A stretch of DNA of 41,061 nt from a virus (Duplodnaviria; Heunggongvirae; Uroviricota; Caudoviricetes). A model generated the notes under the pieces. The model saw only the letters and a list, made by a program, of their open reading frames with translations, was not told where the DNA came from and searched no databases. The stretch is taken from the IMG/VR virus record IMGVR_UViG_2770939580_000003, positions 1-41,061 of that record. The stretch is one strand, 5' to 3'. Positions 29,001-37,218 of the stretch are shown piece by piece (the stretch's first letter is position 1; every line of letters starts with the position of its first letter). Both the position numbers and the translations under genes were made by a program.

Positions 29001-29210
29001 GTTATATATACCGTTCGCCGTTTCATCTACCCATACGGATTGTGTATTCATGACCGGGACTGCTTCGGAAACTATATGTCTGAACTCCTCGGTTCGTCCC
29101 GGAATAAAAGCCAGCCTGTCCACTTCGACCCGAATGTTGGGAAGAGCATATTCACCGAGCTTTAATCGCTCAGATAGCACACGTAGAACTTCATCTGAAA
29201 TTGGAATCAT
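26088..29210 (-). CDS. baseplate hub / tail-associated lysin (Tal-like) with M23 peptidase and lysozyme-like domains
   Basis: M23 motifs HRGID and HLHFEI; hub motifs ARLTISNP..IRIYMGY..VFTGLIDKV..LEITARD and YRSYCDRYG..TLQVSIPANPALD; inserted LLAICRHET module. Confidence 0.85.
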   Translation of the reverse strand: MIPISDEVLRVLSERLKLGEYALPNIRVEVDRLAFIPGRTEEFRHIVSEAVPVMNTQSVWVDETANGIYNGSTKVNAQDICFPVKGKTINTIKVTDKFGAARSNGRSHRGIDLWDEIGTPILSAWSGKVVRITRSKTEGAGNAVNIRHAGGIITKYFHLKDILCSVDDEVAQGDVIGTLGNTGGVYTNGHKVSAAERAAGRGRHLHFEIWEGVNPTTKTGEGGKAVNPKLYLEGKRKLHGNAETTFRDVRPVDVGGYPGEIKLNEKFDKRNWYEKGVYKTGLKFGDYAKIESGWTLADSGGKLLYTFGGEAVVVEFEIDVTKLSMPTLGLLSIGLGTNFSGSEGDSFTIVIDGKTYAYINSFSGDYDLTKLTELKNIVIPAKSKRIQVKVTYGGKVNSAASSGSAGKTNNKFKKLAIDYIRIQELLPAPLKNQKAEEGLDPSEGYYQTNSYESFVMNNRQETDVIQVGSFVYMDTQVLPNIIAAEIDDVFDAEAREARLTISNPRGYFSPDYNPAYFPELEGTPSPWSYFANGFHVGVLSENTPIRIYMGYGQHMMRVFTGLIDKVDINGEDSTLEITARDMYKRVIEKVISEKKAYPEVDDIDNVPDPVPASAVQTDRTSTIIQAAQVQAAAYGVPDHKFLLAICRHETVMGTQGRGREASGGFILGYGIPDKKYSGIQEQMKRGAERMSRALASKGKKVTSKADVLYFHRGGDIAPMVWSEDETNWVDKVWMYYQEMLADPGSWTITAPTAASAAPAASQPVEFEKVAWVKSTVVLDLIKHAGLVGWRATSEDRSYPDYVIDETYLIEVNQKTGRVIVPVPGQEGEFEVKDASTILTPNGWLNPFTEEYGRTFEQWSTKVTEAVQEVISEIPYRSYCDRYGTYRLERLNYDKPVVAEFSEYDNLISITKSTDWSRGRSHIVVVDANQGQSSFVDKEILLELKGEIRTMVLNVPWAKTVEAKRQVAERAFFDMKRMCRTLQVSIPANPALDLLDNVIVTDKTTTTRAIYTIKSIKTTFTVDRGMLQVIDLMWARKGVMV

Positions 29211-29225
29211 ATGCACTCGCCTCCT

Positions 29226-30629
29226 CTACTTGAATCGTTCAATCGTCCATTTTATGAAGCGGTCCAGAAAAGCTGCAGCCTCGGCACGGGTCATCGCTGA
29301 ATTACCCAAAAACCAAATTTCTTCGGGATCAATCCCGTTTACAGGCCGCCCCATATCGGTCACAACTGCCGCACCATCTAACTTTTTTTTCACGGGAATG
29401 CCCATAATCAGTGGATCATTGTTGGAGAATGTCTCATCCTCCATTTCGGACACAGCTACCTTCCAGAAGGAATCCTTGGTCTGCTCAACACGTTCACCCT
29501 TGTTTTGATAATATATAGCAGACTCCTTACCGACATCCGCAAATCTTTCACTTACACCTTTCTCATAAAAGAAATGAACCTCATCGCCTTCCGATAAAGG
29601 GCCATTAAACACAACCGTATGATTATCAATCTCGGTGTAACCTGGAACTGTATCTTTTTTGTTTTTCAACTCCACATCCACTTTTAGCTTCTTCGCCCCA
29701 TACGGGTAATTCCCATTCAACCTGAAGACTCGTTGGCCTTGAAAAGCTGTAATTTTCTGATCGACACCCTTCGTAGGTGCTTCCATATCTGTGAATCGGG
29801 CATAAAACACTTTTCGCAATTTATTTATCAGATGGAATGCTTCTCCACGCTGAATGATTGCATTGGGAAAAAAACAATTGTTGTAGGATGGGTTGTCTGA
29901 TTTTGCCTTAATATCCTCACTCTTGAATTTAAAAGCCCCGCCGCTCGTTTTGGTCCAATAATTAAACTTGCATGTAACACCATTGAGATTAAAAGGCAGA
30001 AACACCGAGCCTCCCGGGCTTACACAATATACATCTGTACGATACCCGATCGCCTTGGTGGCTATCTTGGTTACTGCCGCTGCATCTCCCATGCTATCCG
30101 CCCATATTTCAGAAGGAATACTGAGTCTGCGAAGAGGCTGTCCACCTGCATACATATACTCCTGATGACTCCGGCTAAAAGGATCATAGAAGTATGTTGT
30201 TGCAGCACCCAAAATAGCTCTCGGCAAACTACCAGTCCAGGAAACAGGCGGCCTTTTCCATTTTTCATCTAGCAGTGGTTCTCCATAGCTGCAAAATGAC
30301 ACAACCTGGCCTGCTTTTACACCTGTGTATAACTCAATATCCGTTAAATTTTTGTTGTTCTTCTCTGCTGATTTATAGATCGTCTGCACACCATCAATGA
30401 AAACATATAACGGATTATCATCAGTCGGCTCAATCAGAACCGGTAAACTAAACGAAGTTTGTCCCGATGTTGCCTTAATCTCTTCGTAAACAAAAGGCTT
30501 TCCCTCCTTAAACTTGTTGTAATTAATCCCGGCCACAAACACTTCACCATCTTCGAGCACCATATTGGTTGCTTCCATCACGTCGTTATAGAACCAGTCG
30601 CCTTCATTGACATCCACCCATTTACGCAT
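29226..30629 (-). CDS. tail-associated protein with two interrupted SLH motifs
   Basis: start ATG 30629; WVDVNEGDWFY ... FFPNAIIQRGEA; FADVG..FWK..V ... GNSAMTRAEAAAFLDRF; inserted GQTSF/VFIDG tail-type modules. Confidence 0.75.
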   Translation of the reverse strand: MRKWVDVNEGDWFYNDVMEATNMVLEDGEVFVAGINYNKFKEGKPFVYEEIKATSGQTSFSLPVLIEPTDDNPLYVFIDGVQTIYKSAEKNNKNLTDIELYTGVKAGQVVSFCSYGEPLLDEKWKRPPVSWTGSLPRAILGAATTYFYDPFSRSHQEYMYAGGQPLRRLSIPSEIWADSMGDAAAVTKIATKAIGYRTDVYCVSPGGSVFLPFNLNGVTCKFNYWTKTSGGAFKFKSEDIKAKSDNPSYNNCFFPNAIIQRGEAFHLINKLRKVFYARFTDMEAPTKGVDQKITAFQGQRVFRLNGNYPYGAKKLKVDVELKNKKDTVPGYTEIDNHTVVFNGPLSEGDEVHFFYEKGVSERFADVGKESAIYYQNKGERVEQTKDSFWKVAVSEMEDETFSNNDPLIMGIPVKKKLDGAAVVTDMGRPVNGIDPEEIWFLGNSAMTRAEAAAFLDRFIKWTIERFK

Positions 30630-30660
30630 GACATACACCTCCTGTATTTAGAATAGACAG

Positions 30661-30685
30661 AAAAAAGAGTAGGTTACCCTACTCT
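30661..30685 (-). terminator. intrinsic terminator (GNRA loop) between the two SLH genes
   Basis: AGAGTAGG-GTAA-CCTACTCT-TTTTT overlapping the stop codon at 30679. Confidence 0.8.
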
Positions 30686-31329
30686 CGAATTGTTCGTTCT
30701 AACAGACGTTTGGTGCGCATCAGAAACGTAACAAATTCTGCTCTGGTAATGTAATCCTCCGGACGGAAGTACAAAATTGGCGTGCCGTCTAATTGCGTAA
30801 CCACGGTCAAACCCAGATCACCCAAACGTTCAATGGAATTTCTGGCCCAATGATCTTTACCTTCTGTCGTCTGCAAATCCTGAAACTGCACCTTACTTTT
30901 GCGGTCATATCCATCCTTTTTGATGAGTGTCATGGTCAATTCGACCTTATATCCCTTTTGATCCTTGTCCATCGTATCCTGATGATAGAAGATCGGATCA
31001 ACCTTAATGGACTCGACCACGCCCACATAGATATTTCCTTTTTCATCATAAAATTTATGTGTCCAACCCACGTACATCACATAATCGTGATAAGACTTTT
31101 TGTCTCGGAACAGTACATTAATAATTGCTTTATAAGAAGACACACCCATCTGATGAAAATGAGAAGGAGCATTAATCATTTTAATCTCTCTTACCTGAGG
31201 ATTGGGTGAAGGGGATGAATATGGATCAATGATCCGCCCCTCCACGGGCTCAAATTTCATGCCCGTATCTACAAAGAGTGCTCTTTTGTATCGGTCATTC
31301 ACTAGACCAAACGGGTCTCGTTGAGGCAT
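30679..31329 (-). CDS. distal-tail (Dit)-position protein with C-terminal SLH domain
   Basis: directly after the TMP; FQDL...HWARNSIERL..LG...FRPEDYITRAEFVTFL is a clear SLH motif; the Dit role is inferred from synteny. Confidence 0.75.
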   Translation of the reverse strand: MPQRDPFGLVNDRYKRALFVDTGMKFEPVEGRIIDPYSSPSPNPQVREIKMINAPSHFHQMGVSSYKAIINVLFRDKKSYHDYVMYVGWTHKFYDEKGNIYVGVVESIKVDPIFYHQDTMDKDQKGYKVELTMTLIKKDGYDRKSKVQFQDLQTTEGKDHWARNSIERLGDLGLTVVTQLDGTPILYFRPEDYITRAEFVTFLMRTKRLLERTIRE

Positions 31330-31362
31330 AGCTGAATCCCTCCTTTTTTCATTCTGAATTGT

Positions 31363-34300
31363 TTATCTTGGACCATACATGCTTCCCATCCCTGCACCAA
31401 CATTACCTGCCATACGATTTGATATCCCTGGCGTATTCTTTCTTAATGTTCGATCCAGAGCCGAAGTGAGCTTCTCCACATCTTTTGTGCTGCCTGTCAT
31501 ATTATCAATATTGACATGAACCGTGACATCTCCCGAACCCACCATTACACTTTTATGGGTGTTGCCAGCAGTCATATAATCAAAATAATCCAGCACTTTA
31601 AGGCCTGTTGGCAGATTAAACGTCGAGATGGGTTTGTCCATCTTTTTGCTGATTTCTGCCAGATTTTTGGACTGTTCGACCCCGATGGAGCTTAATTCCT
31701 TGAGAATCGTCATATATTCATCGGAATTGACATTGAATCCCCCGTTTTTCAGCAACTCGTTCCATTGCTGTTTGTATAAATCCATCTTGAGATTCATATC
31801 TCTAGCCCGAGCCTTGTTCAATGCGATCACTTCAGATGAATCTTCCTTGCCGCCATTAGCAGCCAATAGATCATACATGCGTTTATCGTAATCCATCTGA
31901 GTCAATTCCAGTTGATCGCTCATCTTACGCTTCAATTCATCAATCTTGCTGTTTTTCACACTGTTTAGTTCCAACTCGGATTGTGCTTTTTGTTGTTTCT
32001 TCTCATTGATCTCCATGCCAAGCTCATCTTTTTCCTTACCCTCAGCTAACTTATCGTATGTTTTCTGCAAGCTTGCAATAGCTTTGTCAAAAAATTTGAT
32101 GTTCTCTTGTAAGTATTTCTCCATCAGTGCACGCATCTGACCAGAGTCCTCACGAACGCCACTAATCAGAAGTCGGGAACGTGTCACCTGGTAATTTGTT
32201 TCATTGTTACTGGTCGAGGTGCTAAGCTGACGGTTAACCTTGGCAATTAACTCATCAATACCGTCATGTTTTGGCTGAGCTAACGCGGCATTAGCAGCTG
32301 AGCCTACAATTCCCGCTCCGGGAATATATTGCATGGGTGCAGGTATGTATTGCATCTGTGGCTGGGTGTACTGAACCTGTGGCTGATTTCCTTTTTCAGG
32401 GGTTTTACCCGCCTCTTTATCCATCTGAAGTTGAGACTCTTTTTTCTCCTTCTCATAGTTGTATTCTTTTGCCAGCTTCTTCTCTACGGCCGAACCATCT
32501 TTCTCGGTCCATAAAGCTGTGAACCCATCTAAATAATCTCCAAACTTGTTATTGGTAGCACTGTTTCCAAAAAGAGAACTCATCGTTCCCGATACAACAG
32601 CATCCATGCCCAGATTGAAGCCTTTCCACACCTTGCCTACGAATGAGGATTCCTTCATATCTTTGAACTCTTTAGCCAGCTCTTCCTTATTCGTAGCCCG
32701 AATGTTTTGTTTCTCCGCTTCCGATTTCCCTATATTGCTTAGCGGGTCAACCAAACCCGAGATTACGTCCATGGCAACCATCGCTTGTCCAAGAGCGGGT
32801 ACAGCTTTCAGTGGTCTTAACATGCGGGAACCAAATTTCACAAGTTTCGATAGTTTCCCTGGTGCTTTAATTCCTCTGGCTGCACGCTCCGCATTGATCT
32901 CATGCTCTGTAATTACTTTTCCATGTCTATCTTTTAAGATATCTCCATCCTTATTTCGCATAGGTGCATGTTTATTAAAAAAGGCTTTTCGATTACCCGT
33001 TTCACGCATATCCTTGACCCGCGAAAAGAGACCTCTCTTTTTAACTTTATTATCCTTCTTCCCGTAATCTACCCCATCCATAATGGCATCCTTCATGACA
33101 TCTTTGATCAGATCTTCATGGCGGGCTACAAACGGCTTGATACCTGAATCTTTCTTCTCTTCCTTTCCGGACGAGGCTCCTGTACCAGGAGCAACCGTCA
33201 TTCCTCCGTTCATCATCATTCCGAGCTGCAGTTTTTCAAGTTCTTTCAATTTAATGATATATGCAGAAGCATCAACCAAACCTTTTCTGAAAGAAACGTT
33301 TAACTCATTTACTTCATTTCTCAGCTTGGTCAGAGTTGCTTTCAATAGGTCAGACTGTTTGCGAAGCTTATTCAGATCAGACTCATAACGCTGGACATCT
33401 GTGGCACCAAATTGAAACTCGTTGTTCAGATGGTACAGCTTATTGCGAAGTTCAACCGTCTCCAGATCCATTTTATTCATCGTCATCAACCATAATCTGG
33501 ATTGATGCTCAAGCTGCAGTATGGATGTCCCTGTATGATCGACTTCACGGCTTAGAAACTCAAGGTTTCGTTTCGTCTTTGCTATTTGGGCATCCAGTGT
33601 ATCCATCTCTTCTCGGAGCAAAAAAAGCTCTCTAGCGACTCTTCTGACATTTTTCTCTGCCTCGTCCCGCTCTGATGCATGTAATGAGGCTGCCATACCA
33701 TTGTTCTGAGCTACTGCTAAATCGTATTTTTCCTTGTGAACATCCCTGCTCTTCTCCGTCTTCGTCAGCTCTGATCGCTTATCTGCTGTCTTATCTGCCA
33801 GTTCAGTTCTTTGCTGATTAAACTGCTGTAGGCGATATTGCTGTTGCTTCATCTCCTGAACCACACCTGCACGCTGAATATCAAAACCACGGACTGGTGT
33901 TATCTTAGGCGACTGAGCATTATTGTCATAAATCAAGCTCTCGGATTCTTTTTTTCCATATCGCTTCTGTTTCGCTTGATCCATCACCTGACCAACCTTC
34001 TCCCATGCCACCTGAACGCCCACATCATCCATAATGCGGTTGAGCAGTTCCAGATGATTAACCATATCACTTGTTTGATTACCGATTAAACGCAGCACAG
34101 CATGCAAATGATTTCCGAATGCTGAAAATTCCGCTCTCAAACCTTGCATCACCCGATGTGTCGAAATTTGAAAAATCGTCTCCATTTTCTTTTGCTGCAG
34201 CTGTATTTCGTCTTTTGGCTCCATATGAGACGGTCGTGACTTATTGTCCACAGAAGTTTTTAACTGCTCTGCCAGAAGCTCAGTTCTAACTCGATTCGAC

Positions 34301-35175
34301 GTGCCGGTAAGGTTATGCTCGACGCCTGAGCTAGTTTGAACGGATAAAGCAGCCTGACTGATCCAGTTCGCCAAACGATCTTCAATGCCCGTATCTGCTT
34401 CAGAGCTGGTTGATCCCCGTTCTGTTTGCTCGAGACTACTCATTAAGTCTTGAAGACTTATGTTAAGTAACGAGGAAGCATGTACTAACATATTCGTCAT
34501 TTGAGATAGTTCTGTATTTTCGCTTGACCACATGGATGCCAGCGAACCAAGGCTCGTTGCCACTCCCTCCACGTCACGATGACCATTGGCATGCACCTTT
34601 GCGACTTCTGCTGCAAAGTTCACTGCTTCAGATGGATTGTTATATTGTCGTGAACCAATACGATAGGCCAGTCCGACATCCTCCTGATTCATACCGCGCT
34701 GCACAGCAATTTGCTGTAATTGATGTACTGTATCTTGTTCTGATTCCGATCCAGTCGCATGATGCTTTGCAGTAGATTGGATTGCAAAATTTTGCCCTGC
34801 TCTCTCTACCTGCTCCTCCAGCTGACGAGCAGACTCCAAAGACCGCTTGAGCATCTCTGGGGAGTATCCTTTTGCCTTGCCCATTGATAAATACTTCATC
34901 ATCTGAGCTACGGAATCAACAAGTTCCTCCGGCTTGGTTGAAGAAAGCTTTTCTAGTTCATGAAATGCCCCACGATAGAAATGTTCAAGATCCTGTGCCA
35001 ATGATTCAATCCATTGCCCCTGCATCGTATCCCTCATCACTTGAACATGATGGATCAACGTACTTATACCAGAAACAGGCTGCTGATTTAACACAATATC
35101 CATCCCCGACTCCAGCTTTAACTGTTCTGCAATCTGTTGTTTTAAAGAATTGGTTGTCTTTAGTTGTTCATTCAT
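31363..35175 (-). CDS. phage tail tape measure protein
   Basis: start ATG 35175; 1270 aa, mostly helical or coiled-coil; N-terminal PhageMin_Tail-like segment; follows the tube and chaperone genes. Confidence 0.85.
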   Translation of the reverse strand: MNEQLKTTNSLKQQIAEQLKLESGMDIVLNQQPVSGISTLIHHVQVMRDTMQGQWIESLAQDLEHFYRGAFHELEKLSSTKPEELVDSVAQMMKYLSMGKAKGYSPEMLKRSLESARQLEEQVERAGQNFAIQSTAKHHATGSESEQDTVHQLQQIAVQRGMNQEDVGLAYRIGSRQYNNPSEAVNFAAEVAKVHANGHRDVEGVATSLGSLASMWSSENTELSQMTNMLVHASSLLNISLQDLMSSLEQTERGSTSSEADTGIEDRLANWISQAALSVQTSSGVEHNLTGTSNRVRTELLAEQLKTSVDNKSRPSHMEPKDEIQLQQKKMETIFQISTHRVMQGLRAEFSAFGNHLHAVLRLIGNQTSDMVNHLELLNRIMDDVGVQVAWEKVGQVMDQAKQKRYGKKESESLIYDNNAQSPKITPVRGFDIQRAGVVQEMKQQQYRLQQFNQQRTELADKTADKRSELTKTEKSRDVHKEKYDLAVAQNNGMAASLHASERDEAEKNVRRVARELFLLREEMDTLDAQIAKTKRNLEFLSREVDHTGTSILQLEHQSRLWLMTMNKMDLETVELRNKLYHLNNEFQFGATDVQRYESDLNKLRKQSDLLKATLTKLRNEVNELNVSFRKGLVDASAYIIKLKELEKLQLGMMMNGGMTVAPGTGASSGKEEKKDSGIKPFVARHEDLIKDVMKDAIMDGVDYGKKDNKVKKRGLFSRVKDMRETGNRKAFFNKHAPMRNKDGDILKDRHGKVITEHEINAERAARGIKAPGKLSKLVKFGSRMLRPLKAVPALGQAMVAMDVISGLVDPLSNIGKSEAEKQNIRATNKEELAKEFKDMKESSFVGKVWKGFNLGMDAVVSGTMSSLFGNSATNNKFGDYLDGFTALWTEKDGSAVEKKLAKEYNYEKEKKESQLQMDKEAGKTPEKGNQPQVQYTQPQMQYIPAPMQYIPGAGIVGSAANAALAQPKHDGIDELIAKVNRQLSTSTSNNETNYQVTRSRLLISGVREDSGQMRALMEKYLQENIKFFDKAIASLQKTYDKLAEGKEKDELGMEINEKKQQKAQSELELNSVKNSKIDELKRKMSDQLELTQMDYDKRMYDLLAANGGKEDSSEVIALNKARARDMNLKMDLYKQQWNELLKNGGFNVNSDEYMTILKELSSIGVEQSKNLAEISKKMDKPISTFNLPTGLKVLDYFDYMTAGNTHKSVMVGSGDVTVHVNIDNMTGSTKDVEKLTSALDRTLRKNTPGISNRMAGNVGAGMGSMYGPR

Positions 35176-35196
35176 TCTCTTCACCGCCTTCTATGC

Positions 35197-35233
35197 ATAA
35201 ATCCCGTTCCACCTTCACAAAGGCAAAACGGGA
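35197..35233 (-). terminator. hairpin between chaperone and TMP genes
   Basis: TCCCGTTTTGCCTT-TGTG-AAGGTGGAACGGGA-TTTAT (14-bp stem, 3 G-U pairs, short U-tract). Confidence 0.55.
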
Positions 35234-35243
35234 AGTTTCAGTT

Positions 35244-35579
35244 CTATCCTCCAAGCGCTTGCGCAAGCAATCCGATATCCTCTTCCGATATTTCGGTGTA
35301 CTCCTCATCCTCAAAAGTCCTCGTTTGTCTAACCGTACCATCTTCTCCAGCTTCCTCACCTCCAACACTACCGAACATGCGCAGAGGCGCTGTCATAAGT
35401 TCAACCTCGAATTGAATATATTTCTCGGCTGACTTACATAATTCCGCTACCTGAGGGAGTGTGTACTCCCAAATATCCCACTTGTTTAATCCACAATGCT
35501 TATGGAGGGTGAAAAAGATTTCTCCCCAGTGCACGGGTTCCTGTGTTTCCGTATCACGGATTTCGGTTCCCTCCAGCAT
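35244..35579 (-). CDS. tail assembly chaperone, C-terminal (gpT-like) frame, reached by -1 frameshift
   Basis: frame is open from the slippery site to this ATG; W.EIF..L...CGLNKWDIWEYTLPQ pattern typical of gpT-like segments. Confidence 0.75.
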   Translation of the reverse strand: MLEGTEIRDTETQEPVHWGEIFFTLHKHCGLNKWDIWEYTLPQVAELCKSAEKYIQFEVELMTAPLRMFGSVGGEEAGEDGTVRQTRTFEDEEYTEISEEDIGLLAQALGG

Positions 35580-35596
35580 CTCCCCCTCGGTGCGCT

Positions 35597-36076
35597 CTAC
35601 TTTTTTAGACCGTTGAGTCCAATCATGAGATCAATCACTTTACGAGCGGTATTTAAGTCCAGGTACTCATCCAGGTATTCACGATTAATGATGTATTCCC
35701 CTTGATCATCCTTTGTTACAATGTGGGGGTAATTTTTGAAAGCAATGCCCAGTACATCAAACAAATCCTGCTGTCGCTGTTGATCAAGTTCATCATCATC
35801 CGTAGGTATAAAATTCAGAATAATGGCATCAATGTTTACTGTCTTTAACAATTTCATCAAACGTCGGGCATCCTTCAGGCTGCATGGCGGAATTCTGTAT
35901 TTACGCCGATCCCTTAGTGTAACGATCTCATCATCTTCAAAAAAAGCTCGCTCTGCTGCCTCGATTTCTTCAGGTGTCACCTTTTTGTTCTCGGAATTAT
36001 GCTTGAATCTGCTTGCCGCTTCTTCATTCAGGCGCTCCGCAAGCTCACGCTCAGCCCGTTCTTGATCCGTTTCCAT
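35597..36076 (-). CDS. tail assembly chaperone (gpG-like)
   Basis: 159-aa acidic ORF between tube and TMP, ending in a slippery site. Confidence 0.8.
   Translation of the reverse strand: METDQERAERELAERLNEEAASRFKHNSENKKVTPEEIEAAERAFFEDDEIVTLRDRRKYRIPPCSLKDARRLMKLLKTVNIDAIILNFIPTDDDELDQQRQQDLFDVLGIAFKNYPHIVTKDDQGEYIINREYLDEYLDLNTARKVIDLMIGLNGLKK
35600..35606 (-). other. programmed -1 ribosomal frameshift slippery heptamer A AAA AAG
   Basis: CTA AAA AAG TAG at the end of the chaperone; the -1 frame reads V-E-R-T-E-G-E-M into the next ORF. Confidence 0.8.
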
Positions 36077-36110
36077 CAGTCACACACTCCCTCAGTTCAT
36101 TCTTATCCCC

Positions 36111-36185
36111 GAAAAGTAAAAATGCCTGACAAGGCAAGGCACTGTGAAGGGGAGAACACAGCCACCATTGAAATACCTTGCCAGG
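36111..36185 (-). terminator. long hairpin plus U-rich tract after the tube gene
   Basis: CCTGGCAAGG/CCTTGTCAGG outer stem; inner GCTGTG/CACAGT stem; followed by CATTTTTACTTTT. Confidence 0.6.
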
Positions 36186-36206
36186 AACAACCAACACCAG
36201 TCTGAA

Positions 36207-37028
36207 TTAAATTTTGCTTGTTGCGCTGAAGCGTTTAATGCTGCCGATTTTTCCATCCGGGCGTTCCGGATCGAGGATTTGCAAGGAGATTGCAGAAGCA
36301 GATGCCGCTGCACGTTGAGCATTAATACTGAACGTTCCTTTGGCACGGCACATATACAGCTCGGTTTCAACACCTGCAAATGTCCCGTCTTTTTGCTGGA
36401 ATGTACCGTGATGAATGACAGAGATCGGGAATGGTACTTCATCCACCAGCAGATCAACCATGTCTACGACTTCATCACGTTTGTAATTCATTACGATTTC
36501 TTTATCAATATGTACAGCATTAAGAACTACAAGGCCGTTAGCTGCGTCATAGAAAAACTCGTCCGCTTTAACAGCTGAACCTTTGGATGGTAGTTGTTTC
36601 AGCAGTGTATTGGAATCCTTGAGACGAACAGCAATACCTGCATCTTTCTCATAAATGGTGCTTCCAAAGGCTGGCTTCACTTCAGCAAAACCGGAGTTGG
36701 CTGTGCCCGTTGTGGCAACCGCCTGTTCGTTCAGCACCCATACGTAGGACTTCACTTGCTCTTGAACGGTTGACCCCATCATCAACTGGATTGCATCCAG
36801 ATCAAACTTGGCATCTGTAGCAGACACTTCAATGGATTTGGACTTCACGAGTACATCAATAGCGAACAGACCATCACCACCAAAAATATCTTCCAATTCC
36901 ACGTTCAGATCAATTTTCAAATCCTGAAGTGTCCCCAAAGTAACGACTTCAATCGCTCCCATTGGGTCTGTTGGATAACGTTTAGCCATAAATGTGCCTA
37001 CACCTTTAATAATCATTTTTTTTGCCAT
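36207..37028 (-). CDS. major tail tube protein (siphovirus-type)
   Basis: start ATG 37028 (AAGGAG RBS); LQDLKIDLNVELEDIFGGDGLFAIDVLVKSKSIEVSATDAKFD and position before chaperone and TMP. Confidence 0.75.
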   Translation of the reverse strand: MAKKMIIKGVGTFMAKRYPTDPMGAIEVVTLGTLQDLKIDLNVELEDIFGGDGLFAIDVLVKSKSIEVSATDAKFDLDAIQLMMGSTVQEQVKSYVWVLNEQAVATTGTANSGFAEVKPAFGSTIYEKDAGIAVRLKDSNTLLKQLPSKGSAVKADEFFYDAANGLVVLNAVHIDKEIVMNYKRDEVVDMVDLLVDEVPFPISVIHHGTFQQKDGTFAGVETELYMCRAKGTFSINAQRAAASASAISLQILDPERPDGKIGSIKRFSATSKI

Positions 37029-37071
37029 GAATTTGTCCACTCCTTCAATTGATATATAATTTATAGTTACG

Positions 37072-37153
37072 GAGACATGAATAGGCTATCGCCAAGTTGC
37101 ACTATCATGGTCTGGAGATCCTTGCTGCAACCTGACAAGCTACTCATCCTCTC
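37072..37153 (-). ncRNA. candidate structured RNA hairpin upstream of the tube gene
   Basis: GAGAGGATGAGTAG/CTATTCATGTCTC and TGTCAGGTTGCA/TGCAACTTGGCG stems with several G-U pairs; no known family recognised. Confidence 0.45.
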
Positions 37154-37218
37154 TGTGTTCCTAGTCTAGAACCAGATCATTATTCCCTAACACCTATATA
37201 TAAAAAATGATCCCTCCA

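Noticed and set aside
28756-29508. Long plus-strand ORFs (also 25171-25701, 32546-33067, 34872-35432 and others)
   Set aside because: Antisense shadows of well-supported minus-strand genes, with no RBS or recognisable motifs
30645-30677. Eleventh ECF promoter (GTAAC in the terminator loop)
   Set aside because: The sequence 16 nt downstream is CTATTC, not CGTATA
35168-35368. 66-aa minus-strand ORF bridging chaperone and TMP
   Set aside because: Alternative frame overlapping the gpT-like CDS and a hairpin; no RBS
3562-37028. Contractile injection system (eCIS, R-type tailocin or PBSX-like)
   Set aside because: No sheath, gp25, baseplate J or LysM wedge genes recognised; gene order is siphovirus-like
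37072-37153. Known riboswitch (SAM-I, c-di-GMP, c-di-AMP)
   Set aside because: The conserved core motifs of these families are not visible; kept only as an unnamed hairpin
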